From contig JAHFFE010000001.1 of the NCBI GenBank assembly GCA_023248155.1, positions 148,873 through 212,872 of the forward strand: a DNA stretch of 64,000 nucleotides. The letters run 5' to 3'. Below the pieces are notes generated by a model. It was not told the DNA's origin. It searched no databases and saw only the letters and a list, made by a program, of their open reading frames with translations. This DNA is from Candidatus Omnitrophota bacterium. Its GTDB lineage: Bacteria > Omnitrophota > Gorgyraeia > 1-14-0-20-64-10. The position numbers and the translations under genes are program-made. Shown in pieces: positions 48,148 to 58,257 of the stretch. Position 1 is the stretch's first letter. Each line of letters opens with the position of its first letter.

Positions 48148-50422
48148 GACGAATCAGCGTTTGTCCCGGTTCCGCTGTTTCGGGATGGAAGCCGGCCAGA
48201 TGAATCTTAATGACCGGTTCGGATTTGTGCCAGGCTGCGGTCCAGCGCACGCGCGGCCGGTCCTGATCGGGATCAATCTGCACCGAAATAGGGCCGAATT
48301 CCGTCGGGGCCGGGCCGAACGCCAAAGAGCTTTTTTGCGACAGCCATTCCGGAAGAATGCCGGAACCCAAAATCAGCTGGCCGCCTTCTTCTCTGACAAA
48401 ACAGTTGCGCAACAGCAACATCCATTCTGCGGCGGCCCAAATATGCTGGCCGTCGCCCATGCAGCCGCCGCCGCTCCAGGGGTGAATTGCTTCCGGCCAT
48501 TGTCCCGTGGGGCTGGCGAGTTCCGCCACGCACCGCATCAGTTCCGCCGCGCGCGAATCTCCCGCGCGCAAAAATACCTGAGCGACATGCAGCGTTAAAT
48601 AGGGATTAACGCCGGAGTGGCTCATTTCCTGAAAGAATCCACCGCGGTAGAAACAGTTTTCGACCAGGTAGTTGGCGGTTGCCAGCAGACGGGGATCATC
48701 GGAGTTCCACAGTTTTAAAGGATAACCGACCGTGATTGATCCGATCGCGCCGGCATCCATGCGGCGGTAAGGCCCGGCTGGCATGGCCGGATGCCCGAAC
48801 CGGTCGCTGACTATTTTCAGACTCCGCTCAATACAGAGCATGAAATCGTCCGCCTGTTTTTCAAGATCCAACGCCTTGGCTGTATCGCCATACGCACGGA
48901 TCAGTGCGGCCGCGGCGCGCAGGCCGAGCACTCCCCAGAAATCGTCCCAATAATAATAATCGCTGGGCCCGAGATGTTCAGCGCTGTATCCGGGAGGGAA
49001 CAACCCTGCCTGCGGTGAGTCGGGCTTAGCCGGAATCCGTTTGCGCCGGATCCATCCGGCCGCGCGATAAATCATATCTTTCCATTCCGGTTTTGGCGCA
49101 CGGCCGGTGATGCTGCAAAATTGCGCGATGGCCCAAAGCCCTTCTCCGTTGGAATCCCACTCGCCTTCCTGCGAGAGAAAGTAGCCGGTCGGCGTTTGCC
49201 GCTTCGGAAACAGATCAATCACTTTCTCGGCGCGTCCGGCCAGCCCGGCGCACAACAGCCCATGAACGATGAACGCCGCGTCCCGGAACCAGAACCGCTT
49301 GTAGGTGTAGGGACCCGGATAAATATCTCCGGGACTGTGCAAGATTAATGAACGCAACGCGGCATCATAAAGAAACTGCCAATGCGCATTGGGGATTTTC
49401 AGCTGGCAGTTTCCGGCCAGCGCGCGGCTCCAGTCCTCGGCTCCTTCGTTTTCATTTTCCGGCGGCGCATTCGACTTTACCTTGCCCAGCGGAATATCGA
49501 TAAATACTTCGCGCGCTTCATTCGGCCGCACGGCGAACAGCACCGCGGCGCTGGCCATGCCGACTGAGCAACGAACAGAAAGTTCTTTTGCCGGTTCCTG
49601 AAGCTGGTGATAAACATCGCCTTGACGGAAATGAGAAAAATGGACCGAATCCGGTTTCTCGCCGAAAAAAACCAGTTGTCCGCCATTAACGCTCCAGCCG
49701 GCCGACTCGTCATGCAGCGTGATGTCGTTGATAAAACTGATTCCTTCCGGATTATACGGCCGCAGTGAAATGGCCAGCTTCGCGGCAACAGGGGATTCCA
49801 CGGTGAAGGTCATTCGGCAGGTGGGGACATCGGCCACGCGGATTACCTCGGCAACTGTTTTTAAATGCATGCCTTCCGACTCGGTTCGCGTAACCACCGA
49901 CGGAGATTTCTCAAACAGAAACTCCTGCGACGCCGAGATTGCCCGCGAGGGAATCAGCGGCGGCAGTTTGTCGGCAATGACCCAGCCGTCGACTGACCAG
50001 CCGTCCAGCCAGGGAGTGACCATTCCGCGGGCGTCGATGATCGGTAGTTCCGGAAAATCGGGAAGGCCTACGGCGGTCCAGTTGCGCTGCGTCAGATTAA
50101 TATGGGTCAGTGAAAAGGCGCGCGGAATGAAAGAATTATCCTTCGGATTAAACTGGCGTGTGATCCAGTAAGGCCAGACCCAGTCCATGTTGTATTGAAT
50201 CGTCTGGCTGTTGATCAGCCCGCGGGCGTGCAGAATCGCGGTGGCACGCAGAAGTTCGTTGGGCGCCGCTACATCGGAAGGCTGACCAAATTGCGCCAAA
50301 CGGGCCAGCAGCAAAAAAGGATCTGCGAAGCCACGGGAAATGGCCATCCGGCGGATGATGAATTTCAATGGCTGCCAGCGCATATAGAACCAGTATATCG
50401 CAACTTTTTCAGACAGGTTCAT
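48134..50422 (-). CDS. Putative glycoside hydrolase with (alpha/alpha)6 barrel
   Basis: Y..FWFRD, EWDSNG, SAEH, YWDDFW, GQWPE and H.WAAAE patterns typical of six-hairpin glycosidases. Confidence 0.65.
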   Translation of the reverse strand: MNLSEKVAIYWFYMRWQPLKFIIRRMAISRGFADPFLLLARLAQFGQPSDVAAPNELLRATAILHARGLINSQTIQYNMDWVWPYWITRQFNPKDNSFIPRAFSLTHINLTQRNWTAVGLPDFPELPIIDARGMVTPWLDGWSVDGWVIADKLPPLIPSRAISASQEFLFEKSPSVVTRTESEGMHLKTVAEVIRVADVPTCRMTFTVESPVAAKLAISLRPYNPEGISFINDITLHDESAGWSVNGGQLVFFGEKPDSVHFSHFRQGDVYHQLQEPAKELSVRCSVGMASAAVLFAVRPNEAREVFIDIPLGKVKSNAPPENENEGAEDWSRALAGNCQLKIPNAHWQFLYDAALRSLILHSPGDIYPGPYTYKRFWFRDAAFIVHGLLCAGLAGRAEKVIDLFPKRQTPTGYFLSQEGEWDSNGEGLWAIAQFCSITGRAPKPEWKDMIYRAAGWIRRKRIPAKPDSPQAGLFPPGYSAEHLGPSDYYYWDDFWGVLGLRAAAALIRAYGDTAKALDLEKQADDFMLCIERSLKIVSDRFGHPAMPAGPYRRMDAGAIGSITVGYPLKLWNSDDPRLLATANYLVENCFYRGGFFQEMSHSGVNPYLTLHVAQVFLRAGDSRAAELMRCVAELASPTGQWPEAIHPWSGGGCMGDGQHIWAAAEWMLLLRNCFVREEGGQLILGSGILPEWLSQKSSLAFGPAPTEFGPISVQIDPDQDRPRVRWTAAWHKSEPVIKIHLAGFHPETAEPGQTLIRLKPL

Positions 50423-50438
50423 GTGTTAAAATAACTTT

Positions 50439-51839
50439 ATGGCCGCCGATCATCTGATCGCGAAAATAGATTCTGCTTCTACGATGCTGCTGGCCGTCGC
50501 GAATTTTATGCGCGGCAAGGATATTGACGGCCTTGGGTTTGTGCCGTCGAGCGCATTTCTGGCAATCGCCGCCAACCTCCCGCCCAAACCGTTGCGGCAA
50601 TATGTCTATATCCTTGGCGGACGGAAAGAGGCGGCTTTGCCGGAAGTCGTTGCCAACCTGAAAGCCGAAGAATTATCCCGCTGGGCCGTCAAACATTATT
50701 CACGGCGGCTCACCGCTCCGGCCGTCATGATCGGTTCATCCAACGGCGCGCTGGTCCATCTCTGCACCGCTTTAAAAATACCCTGGCTTCCTCAAACGGT
50801 GCTGGTTCCGATCCGCCGCCCGGCGCGGATGCTTCCCGATGAGTTGAAGGGTGATATGGAATCATTTCGCGATGCGGCCGGCCGCCTGCTTGAGCGCAAC
50901 CCGGAACTGCAGGTCAATCAAATGCACGACCCGGTGCAGGACCGGCTGATGGTCCAGCAGATGGGTTATTTCCGCGTGAAGCGCCTGACACTGGGCAAGA
51001 CCTACGAACAGTTTTTGGAACGGACACTGCCGCCGGGCGGAACGATTTTTGTTTCGGAATGCACGTATAGCTGGCCCATGGCGCCGGTGGGTCCACGTCA
51101 TTTTTTTCAGGTGGGCGGCTACGGTGGAGTGGAAGCGAAGGAATATCTGGCGGGCAGTTCGCGCATTTCGAAATTTCTTCGTAAAGACCGGTCGAAACTG
51201 CGGCACTGGGATGTTCCGGTATCGAATATTGAAAAACCGGAAGCCGAATGGGGTTTTGAACCGTCGCTGTTGGACGATATACGCCGCATCGCCAAAAAAC
51301 GCCATTACAAAATCTGCCGCATCCGTTACCACGACCCGGCTGCCGTCAGTCCGTTTGTGGCCGATCTTTACCGATGGTGGTATGCAGAGAGGGGCATTGC
51401 AGCGTCGAGACTCTTCGCAGAATCTTTTTTGCTGATGGACCCCTGGTGGTGCCTGAAGACCGGCTCCGTTCCTTTCTGGAAAGTATTTAATACCGGCCGT
51501 TCCGCCGATGCGCTTCGCGCTTATATTAAACGGCGGGGACCGTTCGACGAGATCTACATCACATTATTCGCCAATTCGATTAAAGGAATTGACCAGACTC
51601 CGATTAAAGAGTGGAAGACGATTTTTAAACAGGCGCGTAAAAAGGGAGCGTTCGTCGGTGTTGCCGAAAGCGCTTATCCGTATGACCTGGGTGTTTTCCT
51701 GCGGTTCCATCTCGATTTAAAGAAGAGAATGAGCGAACGGCTTCCCATGCCGAAATCTCTGACGCTGAAAGATCTGGAGCGGTTCAGAAAGACCGCGCCG
51801 GGCCGCGATCGCTCCGCGCAGTGGATTCACGAGAATTAG
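50439..51839 (+). CDS. Hypothetical protein
   Basis: 466-aa ORF with protein-like composition and its own -10 box. No family recognised. Confidence 0.75.
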   Translation: MAADHLIAKIDSASTMLLAVANFMRGKDIDGLGFVPSSAFLAIAANLPPKPLRQYVYILGGRKEAALPEVVANLKAEELSRWAVKHYSRRLTAPAVMIGSSNGALVHLCTALKIPWLPQTVLVPIRRPARMLPDELKGDMESFRDAAGRLLERNPELQVNQMHDPVQDRLMVQQMGYFRVKRLTLGKTYEQFLERTLPPGGTIFVSECTYSWPMAPVGPRHFFQVGGYGGVEAKEYLAGSSRISKFLRKDRSKLRHWDVPVSNIEKPEAEWGFEPSLLDDIRRIAKKRHYKICRIRYHDPAAVSPFVADLYRWWYAERGIAASRLFAESFLLMDPWWCLKTGSVPFWKVFNTGRSADALRAYIKRRGPFDEIYITLFANSIKGIDQTPIKEWKTIFKQARKKGAFVGVAESAYPYDLGVFLRFHLDLKKRMSERLPMPKSLTLKDLERFRKTAPGRDRSAQWIHEN

Positions 51840-52497
51840 GCAGCAAATCACAAAACCAAAAACCGTCCCGCTCGACGATCTCGCCCTTAGAAACACCCAC
51901 CGGTTTTTTGAAAATCGGCCCGTCGTAAACAAAAGTATGAAACTCGCCGTTCTCTCCGCAGGGGTCGCATGTGGCGGGCAGATCATTCAGCAGCGCTTCA
52001 TCAAAATCACGTCCGCAGAACGACGGGTTAATTTGTTTGGGATCAATGCAGACTAAAATGGTTTTAAACCCGTCGCGAATAAATTCGCGCGCCAATGCTG
52101 TCGTATTTTTTCCCCAGACCGGATAAATTGCTTCCATGCCGACTTTGGCCAGATTTTTATCGCGGTAGGCGCGGATATCTTCCAGAAACAGATCACCGAA
52201 CGCCATGCGGCGCACGCCGGCCGCTTTATGTTTTAACATCGCCGCCTCCATCTTTTGTTCATACAGCTCGTTGGAGCAGTGGGGAGGAATTCCGATTTTT
52301 TCCAGCGGCAGGCCGAGCGCTTCCGCTTGTTGTTCCAGCAGTGAGCAGCGGACGCCGTGCATGCTGATCCGGTCGTATTCGTCGGTCACGGTAGTCAGCA
52401 GCGCACGGACTTCCAGCGCCGGATTTTTTAAGACGGCCTGCAGTCCCAGCGAGCTGTCTTTGCCGCCGCTCCATCCAAACAAAATTGGCTCCCGCAT
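51784..52497 (-). CDS. PP-loop ATP-binding protein (MJ0570/diphthine-ammonia ligase-like)
   Basis: WSGGKDS, MHGV, FGDLFL, DPCGENGEFHTFV. Confidence 0.9.
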   Translation of the reverse strand: MREPILFGWSGGKDSSLGLQAVLKNPALEVRALLTTVTDEYDRISMHGVRCSLLEQQAEALGLPLEKIGIPPHCSNELYEQKMEAAMLKHKAAGVRRMAFGDLFLEDIRAYRDKNLAKVGMEAIYPVWGKNTTALAREFIRDGFKTILVCIDPKQINPSFCGRDFDEALLNDLPATCDPCGENGEFHTFVYDGPIFKKPVGVSKGEIVERDGFWFCDLLPNSRESTARSDRGPARSF

Positions 52498-52540
52498 GAT
52501 TTCTATTTTCTCAGACTCGAAGTTAGTTCACAATAGAGAC

Positions 52541-52927
52541 ATGAAGAGCCTTCAGATTATCTGGGGTACTTTCATTACTGCCACATTCATCTATCTGTTT
52601 ATGGCATTTTTCGTCGTTCATGATGCGGCCAGTCCTTCCGTTTCAGCTCAAACGATGACGCCCATATTCTTGTTTCTTTCTGTTGTTCTGACCGCAGTTA
52701 TTTTCATGATAAAACAGTTGCGCTTGCTAAAAACTTATCAAGCTTATGTGCTCGTCCGGGTTGCATTGGCGGAAGCGATCGTGATTTATGGGTTAGTGGC
52801 ACGATTTTTGGGAATGCCGAAAACGCTCTTTCTGCTGTTTTGGGCCTGGGGGCTGGTTTTGTTGTTATTTGTAGTTCGTCCGTCGGAAGCCGACCAGGAC
52901 GACTACAAAAGGCTTACCGGCGCATAA
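52541..52927 (+). CDS. Small 4-TM hypothetical membrane protein
   Basis: ATG at 52541; four hydrophobic segments, ALAEAIVIYGLV. Confidence 0.65.
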   Translation: MKSLQIIWGTFITATFIYLFMAFFVVHDAASPSVSAQTMTPIFLFLSVVLTAVIFMIKQLRLLKTYQAYVLVRVALAEAIVIYGLVARFLGMPKTLFLLFWAWGLVLLLFVVRPSEADQDDYKRLTGA

Positions 52928-52977
52928 CGATTTCCGTAAACAAATCAAATAAATTGTGAACGAGGAGTTTACAAGCA

Positions 52978-53400
52978 ATGGTTGAGATGGAAATTGTTTA
53001 TGAAGGAAAACTCCGCTGCGAAGCGACGCACGGCCCATCGGGCGAGAAACTGAGAACCGACGCGCCCAAAGACAACAACGGGGAAGGCCGCTATTTTTCT
53101 CCGACCGACCTAGTGGCTGCGGCATTGGGCAGCTGCGTTTTAACCACGATGGCAATCGCCGCGCAGCGGCACGGCATTGACTTGGCCGGCACGCGCGCGC
53201 ATGTCACCAAACAGATGCAGGACAAGCCGGTCCGTAAAATCGGTCAGCTGGAGCTGACGGTCACTTTTGCGCATTCTTTTCCAGAACCGCAGCGCGTGCT
53301 TTTGGAGAGTGCGGCGAAGGCATGCCCCGTGCACCAAAGTCTGGACGCCGGCATTGATAACCCCATTCATTTTGTGTATCCGGAAGGAACTTCCGCGTGA
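52978..53400 (+). CDS. OsmC family protein
   Basis: TDAPKDN.G.G..FSPTDL.AAALGSC and CPVHQSL. Confidence 0.92.
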   Translation: MVEMEIVYEGKLRCEATHGPSGEKLRTDAPKDNNGEGRYFSPTDLVAAALGSCVLTTMAIAAQRHGIDLAGTRAHVTKQMQDKPVRKIGQLELTVTFAHSFPEPQRVLLESAAKACPVHQSLDAGIDNPIHFVYPEGTSA

Positions 53401-54116
53401 GCGCCGCACCCACTGCTTCCAGCGCAAAAATTATCGTCGTGGAAGATGAAAAATCAATCGCGCAGGTTATTTCTTATAATCTGGAAAAAGAAGGCTACCA
53501 TGTCCGTTTGTTCAAAGATGGCGCTCAGGCCTGGCAGGAAATTCAAAAAGAAATTCCGGACCTGATCCTGCTCGACTGGATGGTGCCCGGCATGGACGGC
53601 CTCGAGATTTGCCGGCAGGTCCGCGCAAATCCGCGCACGGCGCATATCCCGGTGATTATGCTGACCGCGAAAACGCAGGAAACCGACAAAATCGTCGGGC
53701 TCGAAATGGGCGCCGACGATTATATTCCCAAACCGTTCAGTCCGCGCGAATTGACGGCGCGCGTGAAAGCGGTATTGCGCCGGTCAAAACCGGCTCACGC
53801 CGCGGCTGCTCTCTGGCGCTGCTGGAATATTGAAGCCGACTGGGAGCGTCGGATCGTGAAGATCAAAGGAAAACCGGTTGAGATGACCCGCAAAGAATTT
53901 GATCTGCTGCACGTATTGGCCGACGCGCATGGCCGCGTGCTTTCGCGCGACCGCCTGCTGGAGAAAGTCTGGGGGTATGATCAGGCCGAAGAAATTCAAA
54001 GCCGCACCGTTGATCTGCATGTCAGCCAACTGCGCCAGAAACTCGGTGCCGACGGAAAACGGATTTTAACGGTGACCGGTTCGGGCTACCGCCTTCAGAT
54101 GCCAGACGAGGAATAG
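53397..54116 (+). CDS. phoB: OmpR-family response regulator, PhoB-like
   Basis: VEDE, LLDWM.P, GADDYI.KPFS, winged helix (SRTVDLHV..LR); upstream of the pst genes. Confidence 0.85.
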   Translation: MSAAPTASSAKIIVVEDEKSIAQVISYNLEKEGYHVRLFKDGAQAWQEIQKEIPDLILLDWMVPGMDGLEICRQVRANPRTAHIPVIMLTAKTQETDKIVGLEMGADDYIPKPFSPRELTARVKAVLRRSKPAHAAAALWRCWNIEADWERRIVKIKGKPVEMTRKEFDLLHVLADAHGRVLSRDRLLEKVWGYDQAEEIQSRTVDLHVSQLRQKLGADGKRILTVTGSGYRLQMPDEE

Positions 54117-54119
54117 CAG

Positions 54120-55499
54120 GTGCTTTCCTTTATCCGCAAACGGCTGGCCTGGAAACTGACCTTTGGGTACCTGTTGGTTTGCAGCGCCGTTTTAATCGTC
54201 GTAGCGCCGCTGATTGTTCGCTTGTTGGGTATAACGCTGCTGCCGCCGGTGGGAACCGGCCTCGCTGTCATCTTAGTGCTGTTGGCCGGCCTTATTTTCT
54301 CACTGCGCGTTACGCGTCCGCTGCGCCGCATCACCGACGCCGCGCGAAAATTCTCCGGGGGCGATTTCGACGCGCGTGTCCGGCCGCGCGGCGAAGATGA
54401 AGTGGCTGAGCTGGCCAGAGCATTCAACCAGATGGCCGACCAGTTAAATGAAAAAATCCGCCAGGTTGAGACGGGCCGCAACCAGATTCAGGGAATTCTG
54501 GAAGGAATGATCGAAGGGGTGGTCGTGATCGGCCCCTCCGAAGAACTGTTGCTGATCAATTCAGCCGCGCGTGAGATTCTGTCGATTGAGCATCCGGTTA
54601 AGCCCGGTTCGCTGCTTTGCGAGGTGACGCGCGCTCCTGAAATTCAGGATCTGATCCGCGCCGTATCCGAAACAGGCCGGCCTCAGCTGAAAGAATTGAC
54701 TGTTTACGCGCCGGTCGAACGGATTTTGCGCGCGCAGGCGGCGCCGTACGCGGCAGAATCAGGGCCGGGTGTTTTATTGGTGATGCATGAAATTACCGAT
54801 ATCAAACGGCTGGAGCAGCTGCGCAGGGAGTTCGTGGCCAATGTGTCGCATGAACTCAAAACACCGCTGGCGGCCATCCGCGGCTCGGTAGAAACATTGC
54901 TCGACGGCGCGCTGCAGGATCCGGCGCACAACCGCACATTCGTGAAAGCGATTGCCGAAGAATCGGTCCGACTCGACAGGCTCGTCGATGATCTGTTGAC
55001 ACTGGCACAGATTGAATCGCGCCAGGAACTGGTTCGCCACGAACCGATCCTCATCCAGACTTTTCTGGATCAGGAGTTGCAGCGCTACCTTGCCGTTGCG
55101 CAGCGGGCCCAGGTGACGCTGGAGTGGAGCGTGAATCCCACGTCGCTCTCGTTTCTGGCCGACCGGCGGCAGCTGGCGCAGGCGATCGGCAATTTGACGG
55201 ATAACGCGATCAAATACAATCATCCGGAAGGAACCGTGCGAGTGCAGGCTTTTCGGCAGGGAACCGAAATCTGTTTCCGCGTGGATGATTCAGGCATCGG
55301 CATTCCGGAAGTAGATTTACCGCGCATCTTCGAGCGATTTTACCGCGTCGATAAAGACCGTTCCCGCGAGACCGGCGGCACCGGGCTGGGCCTGGCCATC
55401 GTCAAGCATGTGGCCGAATCGCACGGCGGTTCGGTGCAGGTGATCAGCCGCCCCGGCAGCGGCTCCTGTTTTATTCTGCGCTTTCCCTCTGCTTCCTAA
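54120..55499 (+). CDS. phoR: Phosphate regulon sensor histidine kinase (HAMP-PAS-HisKA-HATPase)
   Basis: FVANVSHELKTPL, NAIKY, IFERFYRVDK.RSR..GGTGLGL. Confidence 0.9.
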   Translation: MLSFIRKRLAWKLTFGYLLVCSAVLIVVAPLIVRLLGITLLPPVGTGLAVILVLLAGLIFSLRVTRPLRRITDAARKFSGGDFDARVRPRGEDEVAELARAFNQMADQLNEKIRQVETGRNQIQGILEGMIEGVVVIGPSEELLLINSAAREILSIEHPVKPGSLLCEVTRAPEIQDLIRAVSETGRPQLKELTVYAPVERILRAQAAPYAAESGPGVLLVMHEITDIKRLEQLRREFVANVSHELKTPLAAIRGSVETLLDGALQDPAHNRTFVKAIAEESVRLDRLVDDLLTLAQIESRQELVRHEPILIQTFLDQELQRYLAVAQRAQVTLEWSVNPTSLSFLADRRQLAQAIGNLTDNAIKYNHPEGTVRVQAFRQGTEICFRVDDSGIGIPEVDLPRIFERFYRVDKDRSRETGGTGLGLAIVKHVAESHGGSVQVISRPGSGSCFILRFPSAS

Positions 55500-55526
55500 T
55501 TACAAAACCCTTACGAGATCCTCATT
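55500..55526 (+). promoter_or_regulatory. Pho-box-like direct repeats
   Basis: TTACA (55500) and TTACG (55511) 11 bp apart, matching the repeats upstream of pstS. Confidence 0.6.
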
Positions 55527-55587
55527 TTTTCCTGATGCGTTTCCGCTACTCTGAATGCAATCAAACAATCCAAGGAGAAAACAGCCG

Positions 55588-55809
55588 ATGAGAGACGCTG
55601 AAAAGTTAATGCAGGAAATCCGGATGCAGTTGAATACGTTGCAGGCGTTGTCACGCTACCTGGAATCTCAGGAAAACTGGTCGGAAGAAGATATGACTTA
55701 TTGCCGCAGTACCCTGCGGCGTGTGGCCCGGGAGTTGATTCATGTGAGCCGGGGGCCGTTGGGTGCGGCAGAGGTTTACAGGGTTCAAGTTCAGAAACAG
55801 AATCTTTAA
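55588..55809 (+). CDS. Small helical protein, degenerate HisKA-like
   Basis: AAGGAG before the ATG at 55588; sequence resembles a DHp helix hairpin without the His. Confidence 0.5.
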   Translation: MRDAEKLMQEIRMQLNTLQALSRYLESQENWSEEDMTYCRSTLRRVARELIHVSRGPLGAAEVYRVQVQKQNL

Positions 55810-55828
55810 AAGGAGGAAGGAAAAAACA

Positions 55829-57160
55829 ATGCAGGTTATCAACAAAACAGTCGCAGCAGTCGCCATCGCCGCCGCTTTTTTTGCGTTGGTTCCATCGGCT
55901 TGGGCGTCGGATACGGACGCGTTATTGAACAAGCTGGTTGAGAAAAGAATCCTGACCGTTGAAGAAGCGCAGGAAGTCCGCAACGAAATGGCCGCGGATG
56001 CGAAGCCGCAGGCCGATGTCCGCGAAGTGGAAATCAAGGAAGTGGTCAAGAAGATGTCCGGCGGAAGCTGGCTGGACAAGGTCAAGTGGGGCGGTGATTT
56101 CCGCTTGCGCCATGAAACACAGATGAGACAGCCTGCGGTTAATCGAAACCGCGAACGGTTCCGGCTGCGGTTCGGATTCACGGCCAAGCCCTGGGATCCG
56201 CTGGAAGTCGGCGTTCGTTTAGCCAGCGGCGCTTCGGGCGACCCGCTCTCCACGAACCAGAGCTTTACGGCTACGTTCGACAAGAAGGCGATTTTCATCG
56301 ACAAAGCCTACGCGAAATATACGCCTTTTATGGCCAGCACAACTCCGCTGTCCGGTTTGAGTATGACCGGTGGAAAAATGGAAAATCCATTTGTAACCAC
56401 TCCGGAAGGAATCGTTTGGGACAGCGATGTGACTCCGGAAGGCGTTGCCATTCAATGGAAAGATCCGGATGCGCTTCCGATACTGCAGAAGTGGTTTGCG
56501 GTCAAGCCGTTTGTCAATGTCGGCGCTTTTCAGATTTCGGAACTCTCAGCCGATGAGGGGGATCCGTCCCTGTTTGGCTACCAGGGCGGCGTCGATATGG
56601 ATTTACCGTGGGGAATCGGTTTTCAGCCTTCGGTGACCTATTATGATTTTGTCGGCATCAAAGGGATTGCCACGTCGAACGTGACGGGCGCTCCGGCCGG
56701 CAACTCCACATTGGCGCCGAGCAAGTTTGCGAATGATTATAACCTGGTCAGCACGCAGGGGAAGCTGACATTCCCGAATATTCTCGGACAGCCGGTCGCG
56801 TTGCTGGCCGATTATACCTATAACAATTTCAAAAATGTAAGTGCCGGCGCCACGGAAGATGCCGTGGATGATGGCGGGGCTTACACTTACGGCGCTGAAA
56901 TCGGCAAGGTGACGGAAAAATTCGGCAGCTGGAAAGCGTTTTTCTTCCACAAGCGGGTTGAGCCGGATTCAACCTTCGGCGCTTTGACCGATTCCGATTT
57001 CGGCGGCGGCGGCACCAACCACAAGGGCTACGTCATGGGCCTGCAACTGGGGTTGAACAAATGGGCTACCGCTGGTGTTAAATATTTCCGCACGGATGAG
57101 ATCGAAGGGGCGCAGAACAAGAACGATACCTTCCAGGCGGACTTAGTGCTGAAGTATTAA
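55829..57160 (+). CDS. Putative outer-membrane porin (phosphate regulon)
   Basis: Signal peptide, LLNKLVEK.ILT.EEA, GDFRLRHE, R.RFRLR.G, DSDF.GGGTN.KG, terminal QADLVLKY. Confidence 0.85.
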   Translation: MQVINKTVAAVAIAAAFFALVPSAWASDTDALLNKLVEKRILTVEEAQEVRNEMAADAKPQADVREVEIKEVVKKMSGGSWLDKVKWGGDFRLRHETQMRQPAVNRNRERFRLRFGFTAKPWDPLEVGVRLASGASGDPLSTNQSFTATFDKKAIFIDKAYAKYTPFMASTTPLSGLSMTGGKMENPFVTTPEGIVWDSDVTPEGVAIQWKDPDALPILQKWFAVKPFVNVGAFQISELSADEGDPSLFGYQGGVDMDLPWGIGFQPSVTYYDFVGIKGIATSNVTGAPAGNSTLAPSKFANDYNLVSTQGKLTFPNILGQPVALLADYTYNNFKNVSAGATEDAVDDGGAYTYGAEIGKVTEKFGSWKAFFFHKRVEPDSTFGALTDSDFGGGGTNHKGYVMGLQLGLNKWATAGVKYFRTDEIEGAQNKNDTFQADLVLKY

Positions 57161-57164
57161 TCAG

Positions 57165-57192
57165 CTTACAGGAACCTTACAGGCACATTACA
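57165..57192 (+). promoter_or_regulatory. Pho box upstream of pstS
   Basis: TTACA at 57166, 57177 and 57188 (exact 11-bp period); TAGAGT -10 candidate at 57213. Confidence 0.8.
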
Positions 57193-57234
57193 AAAGAGAG
57201 ACTCTGAACCGCTAGAGTGAACAGGAGAAAAGCG

Positions 57235-58257
57235 ATGATCAAGAAACAAGCCTCGATAATGCTGATGACCGCGCTGATCGGGCTGGCCACGACGGCCGCC
57301 TGGGCGAAGATTCAGTTGATTAACGGAGCGGGCGCCACATTCCCATACCCGATCTATTCCAAGTGGTTTTCGGAATATGCCAAAGCCGAAGGGTCGGTCA
57401 ACTTCAATTACCAGTCGATCGGCTCGGGCGGCGGCGTAAAACAGCTCTCGGCCGGTACCGTTGATTTCGGCGCGTCCGATGCGCCGATGACCGATCTGGA
57501 GATGCAGCAGGCCAAGGGGAAGGTGCTTCATTTCCCGAGTGTGATGGGCGGCGTGGTTCCTAGCTATAACCTGCCCGGCAATCCGAAGTTGAATTTCAGT
57601 CAGGCGGCGCTGGCCGGGATTTTTCTCGGCAAGATCGACCGGTGGAATCACGCTCTGCTGGCGAAGGATAACCCGGGCGTTACGCTGCCGGATGCTCCGA
57701 TCGCGGTGGTTCACCGGTCCGACGGATCGGGTACTACCTATGTGTTCACCGACTTTCTCTCCAAGGCGAGCGCCGAGTGGAAAAGCCGGGTGGGTACCAA
57801 TAAAGCGGTCAGCTGGCCCGTCGGGTTGGGCGGCAAAGGCAATGAAGGGGTGGCCGGTCTCGTAAAGCAGACGCCTAATTCGATCGGATACCTCGAGCTG
57901 GGCTACGCGCAGCACAATAATCTCGCGTTCGGCATGGTCCAGAATAAAGAAGGAAAGTTTGTCGATTGCAGCGCCGATACTGTTTCGAGCGCGGCCGCTT
58001 CAGCCAAAATTCCGGCTGATTTCCGCGTTTCAATCACGAACGCTCCCGGCGCTGACAGCTATCCGATTTCCACCTTCACCTGGATATTGGTTTATCAGAA
58101 GCAGGAAAATCAAGTAACCGGAGAAGCGTTGGTCTCGTTTTTGAAATGGATGCTCAGTGAAGGACAGAAATTCGCCGAGCCGTTGGGCTACGCTCCGCTT
58201 CCGGCCGAAGTTGTCCGAATGGAGGAGGATGCGCTCAAGCAGATCCAGATCGGGTAA
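57235..58257 (+). CDS. pstS: Phosphate ABC transporter substrate-binding protein
   Basis: GAGATFPYP, YQSIGSGGG, DFGASD, HRSDGSGTT, GKGNEGV. Confidence 0.97.
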   Translation: MIKKQASIMLMTALIGLATTAAWAKIQLINGAGATFPYPIYSKWFSEYAKAEGSVNFNYQSIGSGGGVKQLSAGTVDFGASDAPMTDLEMQQAKGKVLHFPSVMGGVVPSYNLPGNPKLNFSQAALAGIFLGKIDRWNHALLAKDNPGVTLPDAPIAVVHRSDGSGTTYVFTDFLSKASAEWKSRVGTNKAVSWPVGLGGKGNEGVAGLVKQTPNSIGYLELGYAQHNNLAFGMVQNKEGKFVDCSADTVSSAAASAKIPADFRVSITNAPGADSYPISTFTWILVYQKQENQVTGEALVSFLKWMLSEGQKFAEPLGYAPLPAEVVRMEEDALKQIQIG

